From TPA_inf: Saccharomyces (Eukaryota): a stretch of DNA of 64,000 bases. Below, piece after piece: positions 60,004-64,000 of this stretch. Where the stretch lies: assembly GCA_000146045.2 (NCBI GenBank), contig BK006943.2, positions 128,001 through 192,000 on the forward strand. Direction: 5' to 3'. Numbering within the stretch: the first letter of the stretch is position 1; each line of letters opens with the position of its first letter. The notes beneath the pieces are model-generated. The model saw only the letters and a list, made by a program, of their open reading frames with translations. It had not been told where the DNA came from and did not search any database. The position numbers and the translations under genes are program-made.

Positions 60004-61440
60004 TCAAAGACCCATACGGTCAATGACATAATTCTGTGCCATGACCCCAAATGACAAGCTTAATCCATCTTCGATCCATTCCTTTACCCATTCACTAGGA
60101 TCAATGATCTCATCGTCTTCGTCTTCGTCTTCACTTTCTTTTTGTTTCTTTTGATCGTATGACTTATTCCTCTCCTCACTTGCTGTTGATCCTGTTTTCT
60201 CCACGGATCCTTCTAGCCAATTGACCCATTTGACAGGGAATCCTTGTGATCTTGTTATGGTGGTAATATCGTTAGTTATGTCTTTCAATACAAGGGTGAA
60301 ATTGAAATTGCCTGGCGTATTGGAGTCGGTCACTTGAAAGTCACCGTCGGCATCTTTTTGTTTTTGCGGAATGGCAATTGGTAAGATGGATATGAATAAA
60401 TCACTGATTTTATTGCTGTTACTGCTAATAGAACTCCTATCGTCATCTGGAGTGGCATCAGCCTCTTTCTGTTGTTTCTGGTATTCCTCATGTGCAGTAT
60501 TGAAGAGTTTGACTGCATTTTCCAGGTTTGCAAATGCCAGTTTCTCACCGTCTGTTACCTTGCCGTCGAATAGATTAAACTGTAATTTTTTTTTAGAGTT
60601 GCCTAACTCACCGTCTGCAACTGAAGGCTTTTTTTCCACAGGTGTAATTCCATTATTGTTAGGATGGCCCCATTCATCTACAAATATTCTGATTCCTCCC
60701 TCAACTTGTGAGCTTAGAACTTGATCAAACTTGCTTTCAATATTGTATTGTAATGAGGGATAGTTAACCAAATCATGGACTAGATGAATTCGCAGCACCT
60801 CTTCAGTCTCACCAACAACGATTTTCTGTAAGTTTCTGGCTATTTCAGTAATCGTGCTCGTGTTTATCTTTGAAGTCAAATCAAGCTGTTCTTGGGCAAG
60901 TCGGTTTTTGATCTGGGATGCTTGTTCTGCAGTTTTATTCCAAATACTCGATACCTTTGCGGATCCAGAGGAGGACCACCAGTTTGAAATAGAAGCAATT
61001 GGGTCATGCAATGGGGTCTCCTCCTCCTCCTCTTCTTCTTCTTCTTCTTCCTCCTCTTCTTCTTCTTTCTCCTGCTGCTGTGGTTCCTTTTCCTTTCCGT
61101 GAGCGTCCTGCTCGGAATTTTTGTTTTCTTTTGATTCTTCTACTTTTTCGTCTTGTGCTTTATTATTAACTGATTCACTGGGAGCCTTCTTTTCAACCCC
61201 TTTCTTGTCAGTTAAGCTTAAGTTACTCTTCTCCAACTCTTCTAAGAATTCAAAGATATCATCGTCACCTTTCTTTCCATCATTCCCGGTCTTGCCCGCC
61301 ACAGAATTAGAACCTCCCTTAACGCCTTCTTGGCTACCCTTTACGTCAGTATTAACCATTTTCCCGCCATTCTTTGCTTCTGGCAAAGAATCTAAAAATT
61401 CAAATACGTCTTCAGCCTCAGAGTTCTTATTTTCAGACAT
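60004..61440 (-). CDS. MTC1: cytoplasmic protein Mtc1 (maintenance of telomere capping 1)
   Basis: 478-aa ORF containing a run of 17 glutamates. Length and sequence match YJL123C. Confidence 0.8.
   Translation of the reverse strand: MSENKNSEAEDVFEFLDSLPEAKNGGKMVNTDVKGSQEGVKGGSNSVAGKTGNDGKKGDDDIFEFLEELEKSNLSLTDKKGVEKKAPSESVNNKAQDEKVEESKENKNSEQDAHGKEKEPQQQEKEEEEEEEEEEEEEEEETPLHDPIASISNWWSSSGSAKVSSIWNKTAEQASQIKNRLAQEQLDLTSKINTSTITEIARNLQKIVVGETEEVLRIHLVHDLVNYPSLQYNIESKFDQVLSSQVEGGIRIFVDEWGHPNNNGITPVEKKPSVADGELGNSKKKLQFNLFDGKVTDGEKLAFANLENAVKLFNTAHEEYQKQQKEADATPDDDRSSISSNSNKISDLFISILPIAIPQKQKDADGDFQVTDSNTPGNFNFTLVLKDITNDITTITRSQGFPVKWVNWLEGSVEKTGSTASEERNKSYDQKKQKESEDEDEDDEIIDPSEWVKEWIEDGLSLSFGVMAQNYVIDRMGL
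61015..61065. repeat. (GAA/GAG)n trinucleotide repeat encoding the 17-Glu run of Mtc1
   Basis: ctcctcctcctcttcttcttcttcttcttcctcctcttcttcttc on the plus strand. Confidence 0.85.
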
Positions 61441-61715
61441 TTTGCCCTGGTAGTATGTATGTTTTTAATCGATTGAGTCTAGTTAACCTGTCCCTTGTTC
61501 TATTCTTCACCGTCTCGTCCAACTTCCATCAAAGAACCAGAAACCAGAAAATCGCCGGTTTCTTCCACGCGTCAATCCGTTTGGAATGATCTCATCGCAA
61601 AATTTTTTTTCGCTAAAATTTTCATAGAGAGTATCAATATTAATATATGGTTATAACTTATGGCGGCATTAGTCGATGAGGTGCTTGCCGAAGAGACTAG
61701 CACAGCCAACCCATA

Positions 61716-62243
61716 ATGCCTTCTAAAAACTCCATCAACAGACCTAAGCTGACTTCAAATTTGCACCACAAGGTGCACTCTTTAAATAAGAAAAGAGCTC
61801 AAAGAGAAAGAGCTGGTCTCTTGAAGCCAGCTAGATCCAGCGTAAATTCGAAATCTGGGGAAATAAAATCAGTAGCGTTGGACCTATACTTCCAAAACAA
61901 GAAGAACGAAAGTCAGAATTCCACTGCTGTGACATTACAAAATGCTTCATCTTCTCCGGCCTCCATCACCACGAGGACACTTTCCAAAAAGAGAGCTAAG
62001 AAAATCGAGAGAAACTTAAAATATGCTACACAGAGAAAATTATTGGTTGACGCAAGCGCTAAGCTAGAAGACGAAATGGATATTGATCTAGATGGCGGTA
62101 AGAAAGTGAAAGAGAATGAAAAGAAGAGTTCTTTGACTTTGGTTAAGGAAGCCTTATGGAGTGTCATTGACGATACTGCATCCCAGGGATTGATCATCGA
62201 AAACGGACAAGGCACCACCCTGGGCGGCCCATTTTTCCCATGA
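61716..62243 (+). CDS. ALB1: shuttling pre-60S ribosome biogenesis factor
   Basis: 175-aa basic ORF, MPSKNSINRPKLTSNLHHKVHSLNKKRAQRER.... Confidence 0.8.
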   Translation: MPSKNSINRPKLTSNLHHKVHSLNKKRAQRERAGLLKPARSSVNSKSGEIKSVALDLYFQNKKNESQNSTAVTLQNASSSPASITTRTLSKKRAKKIERNLKYATQRKLLVDASAKLEDEMDIDLDGGKKVKENEKKSSLTLVKEALWSVIDDTASQGLIIENGQGTTLGGPFFP

Positions 62244-62373
62244 GTTAGGCACTTACGTATCTTGTATAGTAGGAATGGCTCGGTTTATGTATATTAGGAG
62301 ATCAAAACGAGAAAAAAATACCATATCGTATAGTATAGAGAGTATAAATATAAGAAATGCCGCATATGTACAA

Positions 62374-63192
<819 letters not shown>

Positions 63193-63638
63193 CTATTCTG
63201 GCTTTCCTATAACAGAGATCATGAAAGAAGTTCCAGCTTACGGATCAAGAAAGTACCTATACATATACAAAAATCTGATTACTTTCCCAGCTCGACTTGG
63301 ATAGCTGTTCTTGTTTTCTCTTGGCGACACATTTTTTGTTTCTGAAGCCACGTCCTGCTTTATAAGAGGACATTTAAAGTTGCAGGACTTGAATGCAATT
63401 ACCGGAAGAAGCAACCAACCGGCATGGTTCAGCATACAATACACATTTGATTAGAAAAGCAGAGAATAAATAGACATGATACCTCTCTTTTTATCCTCTG
63501 CAGCGTATTATTGTTTATTCCACGCAGGCATCGGTCGTTGGCTGTTGTTATGTCTCAGATAAGCGCGTTTGTTATGCGAAAAAAAAAAACTTTACAGAGG
63601 CTTTGTTTATATATAGAAAGACCACGAAAAAAACAGTG

Positions 63639-64000
63639 ATGGCTTCATGCTTTTCAGTTTCATTATTGGCACGAGTAGCAGTCGTTGAGCCCATCAGAGT
63701 GCAACTTTGGTTAAATGTCGTAAATTGTATGATTGAATCATCCATGCACCAATGTCCTCCACGGGATCGCCACTTTTTTTCTTCATCACGCCCCATTTTG
63801 TTGATCCGACGTTCTGTATCAACTGTATACAGATTCGTTGCTTCTCGCACCACACAGGTTTTACGTGCGGCCAAGACCGTTGTCAAGTGGTTCATTATTG
63901 TCGACCCACTGATAAATTCTATTCTAATCAATTATCTCATTGATAGGCTCTGCACTCTTGGGCATGCTGTATTGCGAGTGAAAAAGCGCAAGACCGAGGA
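63639..64000 (+). CDS. YJL118W, an uncharacterised ORF; N-terminal part only, open to the window end
   Basis: ATG at 63639, then an uninterrupted frame to the window end (MASCFSVSLLARVAVVEPIRVQLW...). It is absent from the ORF track because it has no stop in the window. Its position after RPE1 matches YJL118W. It overlaps the antisense ORF 63572..63931, which is probably spurious. Confidence 0.55.
   Translation, partial: MASCFSVSLLARVAVVEPIRVQLWLNVVNCMIESSMHQCPPRDRHFFSSSRPILLIRRSVSTVYRFVASRTTQVLRAAKTVVKWFIIVDPLINSILINYLIDRLCTLGHAVLRVKKRKTE

Overview
This window reads as a contiguous, gene-dense piece of Saccharomyces cerevisiae chromosome X, left arm, running from YJL156C (SSY5) to YJL118W. 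Almost every long ORF matches a yeast protein I recognise from memory, in the gene order I remember for the S288C reference: SSY5 (5' part), FBP26, VPS35, INO1, SNA3, DAS1, RPA34, YJL147C, IDS2, SFH5, YJL144W, TIM17, YAK1, RPB4, YUR1, TIF2, GLG2, RPS21B, LCB3, YJL133C-A, MRS3, YJL132W, AIM23, URA2, TRK1, PBS2, SPT10, NIT2, GCD14, LSM1, MTC1, ALB1, RPE1, and the start of YJL118W. The supplied ORF track calls TTG, GTG and CTG starts and includes the stop codon in its coordinates. I therefore trimmed several ORFs to the ATG that matches the known N-terminus (VPS35, INO1, YJL147C, IDS2, TIM17, TIF2, AIM23, URA2). CDS coordinates below include the stop codon. Three real features are invisible in the ORF track. 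The first is the dicistronic box C/D snoRNA unit snR190-U14 (snR128) on the minus strand between DAS1 and RPA34, lying under two spurious plus-strand ORFs. The second is the spliced RPS21B gene: a 24-nt exon 1, a 460-nt intron with a GUACGU 5' splice site and a UACUAAC branch point, and exon 2. The third is YJL118W, which is open to the window end. I also mapped promoter elements by eye: UAS-INO, GRS I and MRS zip-code motifs at INO1, an RRPE/PAC module at RPA34, and tandem Rap1 sites at RPS21B. I found no tRNA genes, Ty elements or solo LTRs, and nothing prokaryotic; CRISPR does not apply. I see no evidence for a novel or undescribed system. The sequence looks like ordinary, well-characterised core yeast chromatin. 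The only unexplained stretches are a 2.2-kb ORF-poor spacer between PBS2 and SPT10 and the 1.2-kb URA2 upstream region. All identifications rest on recall of yeast protein and RNA sequences, not on database searches.
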